From positions 1 to 37,047 of the forward strand of contig JBDSOK010000220.1 in assembly GCA_039914845.1 (NCBI GenBank): 37,047 nucleotides of DNA. The letters run 5' to 3'. Made by a program: the position numbers and the translations under genes. Source of the stretch: Nitrospiria bacterium (GTDB lineage Bacteria > Nitrospirota > Nitrospiria > 2-01-FULL-66-17). The notes beneath the pieces were generated by a model. The model was not told the DNA's origin. It ran no database searches and saw nothing but the letters and a program-made list of their open reading frames with translations. Numbering within the stretch: the first letter of the stretch is position 1; the number at the start of each line of letters is the position of its first letter. Below, one piece after another: positions 27,232 through 36,618 of the stretch.

Positions 27232-28301
27232 GCCTGGCGGATAAGCTGGGGCAGCTCGTCATGGTCGGTTTCGACGGTACGACGCCGTCGAAAGAGGTCA
27301 CCCGACTCATCAAAGGGTCGCGGGTCGGAGGCGTTATTCTGTTCCGGCGCAATATCGAAGATCCCGCCCAGGTGCTGGCGCTGACCCGAGCGCTGCAGCG
27401 GCTGGCGACCAAGGCGCCCCTCTTCATCGCCGTCGATCAGGAAGGGGGGCGCGTCAGTCGCTTGCCGCCGCCCTTTACCCAGTTTCCCCCCGCCGCCGTT
27501 TTGGGCACGCGCAACTCGTTCGACCTCACGTACGGGGTCGGTGAAGCGATGGGCCGCGAGCTGGCGGCGGTCGGCATCAACATGGATATGGCGCCGGTTC
27601 TGGACGTGAATACCAACGCCGCCAATCCCGTGATCGGGGATCGCGCGTTCGGCGACAGCCCGATCGTGGTGGAGGAGCATGGATTGGCATTGATCGTCGG
27701 ATTGCAGGACCGTCGGGTGATTGCGTGTGCCAAGCATTTCCCCGGCCACGGCGCGACCTCGGCCGATTCCCACTTCGAACTACCGGAGGTGAAGGCCTCG
27801 CTTCGCCGACTGGAGCGGATCGACCTGCGTCCCTTCGCCCACGCCATCGCCAATCGCCTGGCGGCGGTCATGACCGCGCACGTCATGTATCCGGCCCTCG
27901 ATTCCAAGGCGCCGGCAACGCTCTCCAAACCCATCATCACCGGCTTGTTGCGGCAGGCGATGGGATTTGAAGGGCTGGTCATCACCGATGATCTGGAAAT
28001 GAAGGCTATTGCGGGGCGGCACGATCCCGCGACGGCGGCCGTCAAGGCCTTTCAGGCCGGCGCGGACGTGTTGTTGTTCTGCCGGGACACCGATGCCCCC
28101 CGGCGCGCGATCGCGTCGTTGGCGGATTTGGTAAAGCGCGGACGAATTTCGGAAGCGCGAGTCGATCGGTCTCTGGAGCGCGTGCTGAGAACCAAAGAGC
28201 GATTCCTGCTGGGTGTCAAACCGCCGATGCGGACGGGACTTGCGCGGGTCATCGGGTGCGAGGCCCATCTACGCCTTGTGCAGCGCGCGCTGTCGATGTG
28301 A
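27228..28301 (+). CDS. nagZ: Beta-N-acetylhexosaminidase NagZ (GH3)
   Basis: AVDQEGGRV.RL, APVLDV, NPVIGDRAFG and KHFPGHG..DSH are GH3 NagZ motifs. ATGA overlap with pepA. Confidence 0.9.
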   Translation: MSLADKLGQLVMVGFDGTTPSKEVTRLIKGSRVGGVILFRRNIEDPAQVLALTRALQRLATKAPLFIAVDQEGGRVSRLPPPFTQFPPAAVLGTRNSFDLTYGVGEAMGRELAAVGINMDMAPVLDVNTNAANPVIGDRAFGDSPIVVEEHGLALIVGLQDRRVIACAKHFPGHGATSADSHFELPEVKASLRRLERIDLRPFAHAIANRLAAVMTAHVMYPALDSKAPATLSKPIITGLLRQAMGFEGLVITDDLEMKAIAGRHDPATAAVKAFQAGADVLLFCRDTDAPRRAIASLADLVKRGRISEARVDRSLERVLRTKERFLLGVKPPMRTGLARVIGCEAHLRLVQRALSM

Positions 28302-28386
28302 CGGGGACGGAAAACACACTACATCACGGCAGACGAACGAGGGGAGCCCCGCCCGTCGTTCGGGACGGGAAGGGGACGGACGAAGA

Positions 28387-28611
28387 TTATTTCCGCTTGG
28401 ACGCCTTGCCGGTCAACAGCCAGTCCACACTGACTTTGCCGTAGTCGGCGATGCGGAGGAGCAATTCGGGGTTCGGCACGCGACCGCGCTCATACCGGCT
28501 GATGTAGTTTTGTTTTTTGACCCCGATCAGCTTGGCAAACTCGGTCTGAGTCATCCCGCCACGGATTTCACGGATTCGTTGACCGACTTGCAGGGGAGAG
28601 TATTTTTGCAT
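28387..28611 (-). CDS. XRE-family (Cro/CI-type) helix-turn-helix transcriptional regulator, 74 aa
   Basis: VGQRIREIRGGMTQTEFAKLIGVKKQNYISRYERG is a typical HTH_3 segment. The gene has its own SD (GAGGAGGAAGG) and promoter. Confidence 0.8.
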   Translation of the reverse strand: MQKYSPLQVGQRIREIRGGMTQTEFAKLIGVKKQNYISRYERGRVPNPELLLRIADYGKVSVDWLLTGKASKRK

Positions 28612-28670
28612 GGACCTTCCTCCTCGTCAGGGACCGCATGCCTTGAACGTATACCCGGCACGCACCATCG

Positions 28671-28700
28671 GAGTATACCGAAGCAACTTCCGTCAAGTCA
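28671..28700 (-). promoter_or_regulatory. Putative promoter of the XRE gene (TTGACT - 18 nt - TATACT on the minus strand)
   Basis: Read from the reverse complement. The -35 box overlaps the rluD stop codon. Two GTATAC palindromes (28648-28653 and 28672-28677) lie at and downstream of the -10 box. Confidence 0.45.
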
Positions 28701-29699
28701 AGCCTTGTTCGGAATGCGCCGCGCGGCGCGACACGCGCACAGCGCGGCCTCCATGTCGTCCGGCAGCGGCGCGGTGAAGACCATCGGCCGGCCGGTGACG
28801 GGATGGACAAACCCCAACTCATGGGCGTGGAGCATCTGGCGGGTGATCGCGACCTCGGCAGGGGAATGGGCGCGGCGACCGCCATAGACCGTATCGCCCA
28901 AGACGGGATATCCCAGATGGGCCAGGTGGACCCGGATCTGATGGGTGCGCCCGGTTTCCAGCGTCACGCCCACCAAGGTGACGGTTCCGAACCGCTCGAC
29001 GACCCCGTAATGACTGACTGCGGATCGGGGTTTGGCCGATCGCGAGGAGATTTTCTTGCGATCCCGGAGATCGCGCCCGATGGCGAGATCCACCGTGCCG
29101 CGTCGGGGTCGAACGTCGCCGGCCACGAGCGCGAGATAACGCCGGCTGATGCTGTGGACCTTGAATTGTTTCATCAAGCCGGTGTGGGCGAGATCGTGCT
29201 TGGCCACCACCAGCAGGCCGGAGGTGTCCTTGTCGAGGCGGTGGACGATCCCGGGCCGCTCCCGACCGCCGATTCCGGCCAGGTCCCGGCAGTGGTGCAG
29301 CAGCGCATGGACCAGCGTCCCCGAATGATGGCCCGGTGCGGGATGGACGACCAAGCCCGCCGGTTTGTCGAGCACGAGCAGGTCCTCGTCCTCGTACAGG
29401 ACGCTCAGGGGAATCGGTTCGGGGCTGAGCTCGAGCCGCCGGGGAGCGGGCGGACGATGGATGACGATCCGATCACCGGGCCGGATCAGATAGCTGGGCT
29501 TGACCTGTCGACCGTTCACGTCGATCATCCCATCCGTCAATCCCCGCTGAATTCTGACTCGGGATACCGGAATGCCCTGCCGGGTCAGGAACCGGTCGAT
29601 GCGCTCGGGAGCTTCTCCGGCGGTGACGGTGAGAATCGTCACCTGCGGTTCCGTATCCCCATCGGAGCGGACGGCCGAGTCGTCGTCGGGTTGAGGCAC
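28698..29699 (-). CDS. rluD: 23S rRNA pseudouridine synthase RluD (RluA family)
   Basis: S4 domain (RIDRFL) followed by HRLDKDTSGLLVVAK and TGRTHQIRVHLA. I chose the GTG at 29699, just after the lspA stop. A GTG at 29642 is an alternative. Confidence 0.85.
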   Translation of the reverse strand: MPQPDDDSAVRSDGDTEPQVTILTVTAGEAPERIDRFLTRQGIPVSRVRIQRGLTDGMIDVNGRQVKPSYLIRPGDRIVIHRPPAPRRLELSPEPIPLSVLYEDEDLLVLDKPAGLVVHPAPGHHSGTLVHALLHHCRDLAGIGGRERPGIVHRLDKDTSGLLVVAKHDLAHTGLMKQFKVHSISRRYLALVAGDVRPRRGTVDLAIGRDLRDRKKISSRSAKPRSAVSHYGVVERFGTVTLVGVTLETGRTHQIRVHLAHLGYPVLGDTVYGGRRAHSPAEVAITRQMLHAHELGFVHPVTGRPMVFTAPLPDDMEAALCACRAARRIPNKA

Positions 29700-29707
29700 G
29701 ACAGGCG

Positions 29708-30196
29708 TCAGAGGGTCGAGGCCGATCGAGCCTGGGCGCCCTTCTGAAAGAGGAGATGACCGAGCAGCATGACCATGCCGACCGTGATGCCTGAATCGGC
29801 CACGTTGAAGACCGGCCAATGATAGGCGCCGGCGTAGACGTCGATAAAGTCGATGACCTCGCCGAATCGCATGCGGTCGATGAGGTTGCCGACGGCTCCG
29901 CCGAGGATCAGGGCCAGGGCGACGAGCGTCCACCATTCACCCGGCGGTACCTGCCGGAGAAACCCGAGAATCATCACCACGGCCGCCAGGGAGACGATCA
30001 GAAAGAACCAAAAACGAAATGTGGCGTCGGCGTCGGCCAGCAGACTGAAGGCGGCTCCGGGATTTCGGGTATAGGTCAGATTGAGTGACGGCAACAGCGG
30101 GATCGACTCATACAAGTCCATGGTCCGGCTGATCAGCGCCTTGGAGATCTGATCGACCACGACGACCACCCCGGCCAGTAGGATGGCCCGGATCAC
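29708..30196 (-). CDS. lspA: Lipoprotein signal peptidase II
   Basis: NPGAAFS, GGAVGNLIDR and VIDFIDV...WPVFNVADS are LspA motifs. The GTG start overlaps the ileS stop (GTGA). Confidence 0.9.
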   Translation of the reverse strand: MIRAILLAGVVVVVDQISKALISRTMDLYESIPLLPSLNLTYTRNPGAAFSLLADADATFRFWFFLIVSLAAVVMILGFLRQVPPGEWWTLVALALILGGAVGNLIDRMRFGEVIDFIDVYAGAYHWPVFNVADSGITVGMVMLLGHLLFQKGAQARSASTL

Positions 30197-33003
30197 GGCC
30201 CGACCACCGCGGCACAGCGTGCGCAGAGCTCCGCATGCCGCGAGCCCACATCGGTCCGATAGGTCCAGCACCGCGCGCATTTCGTGCCCCCCGCCCGCGC
30301 GACGGTCACGGCTAGATCGGCTGAGGTCTCCGAGCCCGGGGGATGCCGATCGAACGCCGCAAGGTCCACGCCCGACACGATGAACAGTTCGGCCAGTCGG
30401 TCGGTGTGCGCAGTCAGAAAGCCGCGAAGGTCGTCGCCGGCATAGAGCGTGACCTGGGCCTCAAGCGATGAACCGATGACCTTCCCCGCGCGCGCGCCCT
30501 CCAGCGCTCGGGAGGCCTCGGCCCGGACTCGAAAGAGCCGCTCCCACTGCGCGATGTGGACGTCGGTCAGTGCCCAGCCTGGCTCGGCGACCGGGAAGGG
30601 CGCGAGGTGAACGCTCGGGTGAGTGCGGGACGCCTCCGGCAGGTATCCCCACAATTCCTCGGCGGTAAACGACAGGATCGGCGCCATCAGCCGGACCAAG
30701 GCGGTGAGGACGCGGTTCAGCACGGTCTGCGCGGCACGCCGCGCAGCCGACGCCCGGCCCTCGGTGTAGAGCCGGTCCTTCAGGATGTCCAGATAGATCG
30801 CGCTCAAGTCGACCGCGCAGAAGTTGTTGAGCGCGTGAAAGACGGCGTGAAACTCATAGTCGGCATAAGCGCGATCCACCCGCTCGATCAGACCGTGCAA
30901 GCGGTGCAGCGCCCATCGATCGATGTCATGCAGGGCGTCGAGTCCCACCGCGTCGCGCCGCGGTTCGAAGTCGCCCAGATTGGCCGCCAGAAACCGGCAG
31001 GTGTTGCGGATCTTGCGGTAGGCCTCGACCAACTGCGCCATGATCGTGGGCGAGATACGGACGTCGTCGCGATAATCCTCCGCCGCGACCCAGAGTCGCA
31101 GGATCTCCGCCCCGTGTTGCTTGATGACTTCCTGCGGAGAGACCACGTTCCCCGCCGACTTGGACATCTTCTTGCTCTCGCCGTCCACCACGAAGCCGTG
31201 GGTCAGGACGGACCGATAGGGCGCCCGGCCGTCGGTCAAGAGCGAGGTGAGCAGCGCGCTGTGAAACCAGCCCCGGTGCTGGTCCGAGCCTTCGAGATAC
31301 AGATCGGCCGGCCAGGCGAGTTCCGGACGGGGTTTGAGCACCGCCGCGTGGCTCACACCGGACTCGAACCAGACATCCAAAATGTCCTGCTCTTGTCGGA
31401 ACGCTCCCTGCCCGCACCGTGCGCAGACGGTCCCCGCAGGGAGCAGGTCCTCGGCCGATTTGGAAAACCAAATATCGCTGCCGCCCTCCCGTTCCATCTG
31501 ATCGGCCACGTGGTCGGCGATCGCCCGGCTGAATAAAGGCGTCCGGCACGTGGGGTTCATGCAGGTAAAGGCGGCGATGGGCACGCCCCAGACGCGCTGG
31601 CGCGAGATGCACCAATCGGGGCGGTTGGCCATCATTCCATAGATGCGTTCACGGCCCCACTTCGGAATCCAGGCGACCTTGTCGATCTCCTCGATCGCCT
31701 TCCGTCGAAGGTCTGTGGTCTCCATCGAAATAAACCACTGCTCGGTGGCGCGAAAGATTACGGGCTTCTTGCAGCGCCAGCAGTGGGGGTAGGAGTGCCC
31801 GATCGTCGATTCGGCCAGTAGACGACCCCGCTCCTTCAGGAGGGTGATGATGGGCGTGTTGGCGTCAAAGACCCGCTGCCCCGAAAACACGTCGGCTTCG
31901 TGGGTAAAGCGTCCCTGCTGGTCCACCGGCGCAGAGACGGCCAACCCGTATTTCAGGCCGACTTCGTAGTCTTCCTGGCCGTGCCCGGGTGCGGTGTGGA
32001 CACAGCCGGTGCCCTGGTCGAGGGTGACGTGGTCGCCGAGGATGATCGGCGCATCCCGTTCCAACCACGGGTGGCCGCACACGACTCCCTCGAGTTCTTG
32101 ACCGGCCCACGCTCCCGGCGTGATTTCATACGAACCGGGTTCAAACCCGAAGATCTTCATGCACGAATCGGCGAGCTTCTGCGCGAGGATCATGTCGCCG
32201 GAGGGCGTCTTCACCAGGCGATACATCTCGAAGGGATTCAGGGCAACCGCTTGGTTGGCCACCAACGTCCAGGGGGTTGTCGTCCAAATGACGACGGACG
32301 TCCCCCGACGGTCATCGACGCGGAATTTCCCATTCGGATTCTTCACCGGAAATTTCACGTAGATCGACGGCGACGTGTGGTCGGCATACTCCACCTCGGC
32401 CTCGGCCAGCGCCGTTTCATCGAAGGGGCACCAGAGCACCGGCTTCTTCCCTTTATAGACGGCACCCGTCGCGACGATTTTGCCGAACTCGCGCACGATC
32501 GCTGCTTCGTATGCCGGCGTCATCGTCAGATAGGGGTGGTCCCAGTCGCCCAGCACGCCCAGGCGCTTGAACTCGTCGCGTTGGATGTCCACGAATCGCG
32601 CGGCGTATTCGCGGCAGAGCCGCCGGATCTCCAGCGTGCTCATCCCCTGCTTCTTCGGCCCCAGATCCTTCAGCACCTGATGTTCGATCGGCAGGCCGTG
32701 GCAATCCCATCCGGGAATGTACGGTGCGTCGCGATCCGCCATCGTGCGGTATTTGACGATGATGTCCTTGAGAATCTTGTTGAGGGCGTGGCCGATGTGG
32801 ATGTGCCCGTTCGCGTAGGGCGGGCCGTCGTGCAGGATGAAGGGGGGACGTCCATGGCGCGCTTCCCGAATGCGCCGATACAGCCCCTCGGCGTCCCACC
32901 GCGCCAGCAGCGCCGGTTCTTGACGGGCGAGGTCGGCTTTCATGGGGAACGTGGTGGCGGGCAGGTTCAGCGTGTCGCGGTATGCCTTGGAGGAGTCACC
33001 CAT
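30193..33003 (-). CDS. ileS: Isoleucine--tRNA ligase
   Basis: PPYANGHIHIGHA is the HIGH motif and KMSKSAGN is the KMSKS motif. There is a C-terminal CxxC...CxxC zinc finger. The ATG at 33003 gives 936 aa. Confidence 0.9.
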   Translation of the reverse strand: MGDSSKAYRDTLNLPATTFPMKADLARQEPALLARWDAEGLYRRIREARHGRPPFILHDGPPYANGHIHIGHALNKILKDIIVKYRTMADRDAPYIPGWDCHGLPIEHQVLKDLGPKKQGMSTLEIRRLCREYAARFVDIQRDEFKRLGVLGDWDHPYLTMTPAYEAAIVREFGKIVATGAVYKGKKPVLWCPFDETALAEAEVEYADHTSPSIYVKFPVKNPNGKFRVDDRRGTSVVIWTTTPWTLVANQAVALNPFEMYRLVKTPSGDMILAQKLADSCMKIFGFEPGSYEITPGAWAGQELEGVVCGHPWLERDAPIILGDHVTLDQGTGCVHTAPGHGQEDYEVGLKYGLAVSAPVDQQGRFTHEADVFSGQRVFDANTPIITLLKERGRLLAESTIGHSYPHCWRCKKPVIFRATEQWFISMETTDLRRKAIEEIDKVAWIPKWGRERIYGMMANRPDWCISRQRVWGVPIAAFTCMNPTCRTPLFSRAIADHVADQMEREGGSDIWFSKSAEDLLPAGTVCARCGQGAFRQEQDILDVWFESGVSHAAVLKPRPELAWPADLYLEGSDQHRGWFHSALLTSLLTDGRAPYRSVLTHGFVVDGESKKMSKSAGNVVSPQEVIKQHGAEILRLWVAAEDYRDDVRISPTIMAQLVEAYRKIRNTCRFLAANLGDFEPRRDAVGLDALHDIDRWALHRLHGLIERVDRAYADYEFHAVFHALNNFCAVDLSAIYLDILKDRLYTEGRASAARRAAQTVLNRVLTALVRLMAPILSFTAEELWGYLPEASRTHPSVHLAPFPVAEPGWALTDVHIAQWERLFRVRAEASRALEGARAGKVIGSSLEAQVTLYAGDDLRGFLTAHTDRLAELFIVSGVDLAAFDRHPPGSETSADLAVTVARAGGTKCARCWTYRTDVGSRHAELCARCAAVVGP

Positions 33004-33034
33004 GCCTGATCCTAGCAAGCGCGGCGGAAAGGAG

Positions 33035-33778
33035 TCAACACGCGCCCCGCGCGAACGCGGGCGGCGCGATGAGGCCGTCGGCGACGAGCCGCTGGGCCTC
33101 GCGATACCGGTCGGGCGTACCGATGTCGATCCAGGACGCGTCGGTCGGATGGCCGAAGACGCGCTCGCCACGCTCGACCATCGCGATATACGCGTCGGTG
33201 ATCGGCGCAAACACGCCGGGCGGGATCTCGGCCAGCACGCGGGGCTCCACCACGTGAATCCCGGTGAACATCACCTCGTGCAGCGCGGGTCCCTGCCACG
33301 GTCCCCGGCCGAGGAATCGGCGGATCCGCCCCTCGTCATCCAGGCCGAGCACTCCGTAGGAAGCCGCATCGGGCGCGCGGCGGACCGCCAGGGTGACGAG
33401 ACCGCGGTTCCGGGCATGGGCCGCGATCAACTCGCGCGGATCGAGGCCGGTCAGAATATCGGCGTTGACGACCAGGAAGGGGCCGTCTCCTAAAAAGCCC
33501 TCCACGTGCTTGAGTCCGCCGCCGGTTCCCAAAATATCGGGTTCCTCCGAATACGACAGATCGAGGCCGAATCGACGGCCGTCTCCCAAGGCCTCGCGAA
33601 TGAGGTCGCCCTTGTAATGGAGATTGATCATCACCTGCGTGATCCCCGCGGACGCGATCCAGGCCAGGGTGTATTCGATCAGGGGCCGGCCGGCGAGGGG
33701 CAGCAGCGGTTTGGGGAGGCGGTCGGTGAGCGGGCGCAGGCGTGTCCCCAAGCCCGCGGCCAGGATCATGGCCTTCAC
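33035..33778 (-). CDS. murU: Sugar-1-phosphate nucleotidyltransferase, MurU-like (N-acetylmuramate alpha-1-phosphate uridylyltransferase candidate)
   Basis: MILAAGLGTRLRPLTD..PKPLLP is the nucleotidyltransferase motif. The gene is GTGA-coupled to the upstream APH-family kinase, as in amgK-murU pairs. Confidence 0.6.
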   Translation of the reverse strand: MKAMILAAGLGTRLRPLTDRLPKPLLPLAGRPLIEYTLAWIASAGITQVMINLHYKGDLIREALGDGRRFGLDLSYSEEPDILGTGGGLKHVEGFLGDGPFLVVNADILTGLDPRELIAAHARNRGLVTLAVRRAPDAASYGVLGLDDEGRIRRFLGRGPWQGPALHEVMFTGIHVVEPRVLAEIPPGVFAPITDAYIAMVERGERVFGHPTDASWIDIGTPDRYREAQRLVADGLIAPPAFARGAC

Positions 33779-34866
33779 GCGAGTTCCGGCACCAGCGGGG
33801 CCAGGCGGTCCCGCAACTCCGCCAGGTCGGGATATTTTCCCAGATTGCGCCGGACGGCGCGCAATGTGGGCGCGACGTAGGGCAGGTGGGTCGGCCGTCC
33901 CTTGACCTTCTCGATATACACGAAACGGCCCGCCGCTTTGAGATTGCGCTGGAGGCTGGTGAGATCGAAGAGGCGGCGGAACGCCCGGGCGTCGGGGCGC
34001 GGGGCCGGAAGGCCGGCCAAATAGTAGGCGATTAAGCGGTCGATGAGATCTTCTCCCAGCGTCACATAGGAATCGCGAAGCAGGGAGGCGAGATCGTAGC
34101 TGCGGGGGCCGACCAGCGCGTCTTGAAAATCGATGAGCCGAAGCCTGCCGTCGGCCAACATCAGATTCCGGCTATGGTAGTCCCGATGCACCAGGCAGGA
34201 ATCGGCCGCCGCCAACTCATCGGCCAGTCGTCCAAAGGAAGTTCGAATGGCCTCCCGCGCGGGATCGGGAACGGCCGCGTTCCTGCGCGCTTCGATGCCG
34301 TATTCGAGAAAATGATCCAGCTCCCAGAGCAGCAGCGCGCGGTCAAACCGTCGGCCGAACGCGAGACAGCGCGCGGGATCGGGCGACGGCTCCGGCGCCT
34401 GGAGCGCGACCAGCGCATCGATCGCTTGGCGATACAGCGCTTCGACGCGTTCGGGGGCCGCCCCGGCGACGGTGTCCCATAAGGTGCAATCGCCGAGATC
34501 TTCGAGCACCAGGCGTCCGCCCTCGCGGTCGTAGTAATACATCTCCGGAACGCCGAGTCCGCGAGCGCGAAAATACCGTTGGATATTCAGAAACGGGAGT
34601 TCGGTGACGGGGGCATCAGCCGACGAGTCGGCCTCTTCCGACCGTTTGAACGCTTCCGGCTCGGCCAATTCCATCAGAATCAGCGTCTGAGGACGATGCC
34701 CGTCGGGTAGACGAATGCGAAAGTAGGTCCGATTCGAGGCGTCGCCCTTCAAGCGGTCGCACTCGAGGACGGGGGCGTGAAATCCCGCGTGCCGGACGAG
34801 CTCGCTCAAATCAAGCCGGGTTCGTTCCGTGAATGTGGAGGATGACGTGACCGGAGGGTCAACCAT
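33775..34866 (-). CDS. amgK: Aminoglycoside-phosphotransferase-fold kinase, AmgK-like (anomeric MurNAc/GlcNAc kinase candidate)
   Basis: VHRDYHSRNLM is a Brenner HxDxxxxN motif, and LIDFQDA is also present. The gene is adjacent to and coupled with the murU-like gene. I chose the ATG at 34866. Confidence 0.55.
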   Translation of the reverse strand: MVDPPVTSSSTFTERTRLDLSELVRHAGFHAPVLECDRLKGDASNRTYFRIRLPDGHRPQTLILMELAEPEAFKRSEEADSSADAPVTELPFLNIQRYFRARGLGVPEMYYYDREGGRLVLEDLGDCTLWDTVAGAAPERVEALYRQAIDALVALQAPEPSPDPARCLAFGRRFDRALLLWELDHFLEYGIEARRNAAVPDPAREAIRTSFGRLADELAAADSCLVHRDYHSRNLMLADGRLRLIDFQDALVGPRSYDLASLLRDSYVTLGEDLIDRLIAYYLAGLPAPRPDARAFRRLFDLTSLQRNLKAAGRFVYIEKVKGRPTHLPYVAPTLRAVRRNLGKYPDLAELRDRLAPLVPELA

Positions 34867-35071
34867 GGACGCGCCATTCTGCCATGCGCCGGAATGGCTG
34901 TCAAACGAGAAGGCGAGTGCGCGTCCCGGACCCGTGGGCAAATGCCCACACCTGTGTGCTTTACACCCGTGATCGAGCTAAAGAAGCGGGATATCGGGCC
35001 GGAGATGGTCGGCACGCGTCTTGCTGAGCTAGGCGATGATGATGGAGACGGCGATGGAAGGGGACGCAGGC

Positions 35072-35971
35072 ATGCAGCAACAGACCATCGGGCGGATGGT
35101 CTGTTGCAAGGGGATCGGGTTGCACTCGGGCGCGCCGGTTTCCATCCGGTTTCGGCCGGCCCCCGCGAACAGCGGGATCCGGTTCCTGCGCCAGACGGCC
35201 GGCCGCCCGGCCTGGGTTGAGGCGCGGATCGGGCAGGTCTCCGGCACCACGCTGGCCACGACGCTCGGTCGGGGAGATGAGGTGGTGCACACCGTCGAGC
35301 ACCTGCTCGCCGCCCTCAGCGGGATGCGGATCGATAATGTGATCATCGAGCTGGACGGGCCGGAGATTCCGATTATGGATGGTAGCGCCCGTCCCTTCGT
35401 CGAGGTCTTGCTTGAAGCGGGTTGCGTCCGGCAGGCGGCGGTTCGCGCCGTCTGTGTGCTCGACGCGTCGTTCGAAGTCCGCGACGACACCGGATGGATC
35501 GCCGCGGCTCCCGCCTCCCGCTTGGAGATCCATAACACGGTCGAGTACGATCACCCGGCGGTCGGACGACAAGTGTTTGAGTATATCGACGAGGGTCCGG
35601 CCGGGTTCGCGGCGTCGTTGGCCGGCGCCCGAACCTTCGGGTTCCTGGATGACGTCGAACGGCTGAAGGCCGCGGGCCTCATCCTGGGAGGAAGCCTGGA
35701 GAACGCCGTGGTGGTGGGGCCGCACGGGGTGTTGAACGCGGAAGGGCTTCGTTGGCGCGACGAATTCGTCCGACATAAAACGCTGGATCTGCTCGGGGAT
35801 CTCGCGCTGTTCGGCGGCGCGGTGAGAGGGCGGATTACGGCCTATAAGGCTGGTCACGCACTCCACGCAAAATTTACGTCATATTTGGCTGCGCATGCCG
35901 AGCTGTGGAGCCTTGAATCGCCGGAGAGCCGGGAATTGATCTCAGTGGGAGAGGCCGTGCACTCGTCGTAA
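35072..35971 (+). CDS. lpxC: UDP-3-O-acyl-N-acetylglucosamine deacetylase
   Basis: GIGLHSG..V.I.F.PAPANSGI.F and TVEHLLAAL.G..IDN..IE.DG.E.PIMDGSA.PF are LpxC motifs. 299 aa from the ATG at 35072. Confidence 0.9.
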   Translation: MQQQTIGRMVCCKGIGLHSGAPVSIRFRPAPANSGIRFLRQTAGRPAWVEARIGQVSGTTLATTLGRGDEVVHTVEHLLAALSGMRIDNVIIELDGPEIPIMDGSARPFVEVLLEAGCVRQAAVRAVCVLDASFEVRDDTGWIAAAPASRLEIHNTVEYDHPAVGRQVFEYIDEGPAGFAASLAGARTFGFLDDVERLKAAGLILGGSLENAVVVGPHGVLNAEGLRWRDEFVRHKTLDLLGDLALFGGAVRGRITAYKAGHALHAKFTSYLAAHAELWSLESPESRELISVGEAVHSS

Positions 35972-35999
35972 CGGCGTTGGGTATCACGTGAAAATAGCC

Positions 36000-36025
36000 G
36001 GGGGCTCCTCGTCAGAGGAGCCCCC
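36000..36025. terminator. Bidirectional intrinsic terminator between convergent lpxC and the HARE-HTH gene
   Basis: GGGGGCTCCTC-gtca-GAGGAGCCCCC is a perfect 11-bp stem. A T-rich tract follows on the plus strand, and ATTTTCA follows on the minus strand. Confidence 0.6.
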
Positions 36026-36096
36026 GTTCTCTTTGCCGCAGACTACTTCTTCTTTGCAGCCTTTTTCTTCACGGGTTTTTTCGTCGCCAAGTGTCA

Positions 36097-36618
36097 TCAC
36101 CCCCTTTCGTCGGAGGCCCCTCCCGGGGCTACCAAGGTTTCGTCGACCAGGTCAAAGGTGTTCGGCGCCACTTTTCGAAACCGTTTATCGCGCCGCAGCG
36201 AGATGGCAATCGAGGTCACCGGAGTCTTGCCGCGGATCCGAACTCCGCCCTCGACCAGTTTTCGATACACTTCCTTCGCATGCATCGGGGTGCCGGCTTC
36301 CTTGAGTAAGATGCCGGCAGCCTGGGGCACGCTCATCCCGAAATACTTGCTTCGCCCAAACAGAATTTCTTGAGATTGGTCGACATCCAACGGGCCCCGG
36401 TTCTTATCCCGCTCACCCTCGATCGGGAGGGGCCGGGCAGCCACCCGCGCTTTTTCCTGCTCCACTCGATACAACGTTTCGGCCAGTTCCAGATACTTCT
36501 TAATAGTCTTGATTTCCTCCTCCAGCCGATCGCGCTTTTTCTGGAGTTCCTGCAGTTTGATTTTATAGGCTTTAATCCGCTGGTCGAGTCCGCCAAGGAT
36601 GTCCTGTAGCTCTTCCAT
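36097..36618 (-). CDS. Hypothetical protein: N-terminal coiled coil plus a C-terminal HARE-HTH-like winged-helix domain
   Basis: The heptad-like segment is LDQRIKAYKIKLQELQKKRDRLEEEIKTIKKYLELAE. The C-terminal part (VPQAAGILLKEAGTPMHAKEVYRKL...ISLRRDKRFRKVAPNTFDL) resembles HARE-HTH. The ATG at 36618 is preferred, since an AT-rich -10-like tract lies within the longer ORF. Confidence 0.6.
   Translation of the reverse strand: MEELQDILGGLDQRIKAYKIKLQELQKKRDRLEEEIKTIKKYLELAETLYRVEQEKARVAARPLPIEGERDKNRGPLDVDQSQEILFGRSKYFGMSVPQAAGILLKEAGTPMHAKEVYRKLVEGGVRIRGKTPVTSIAISLRRDKRFRKVAPNTFDLVDETLVAPGGASDERG

Noticed and set aside
33004-33210. N-terminal extensions of ileS (to 33210), rluD (to 29936), lspA (to 30280), cysS (from 18213), rlmB (from 19706) and pdxJ (to 7558) as given by the ORF track.
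   Set aside because: The extensions overlap the preceding gene, are low-complexity, and precede the conserved family N-termini. Internal starts create ATGA/GTGA couplings or short gaps with the upstream gene.
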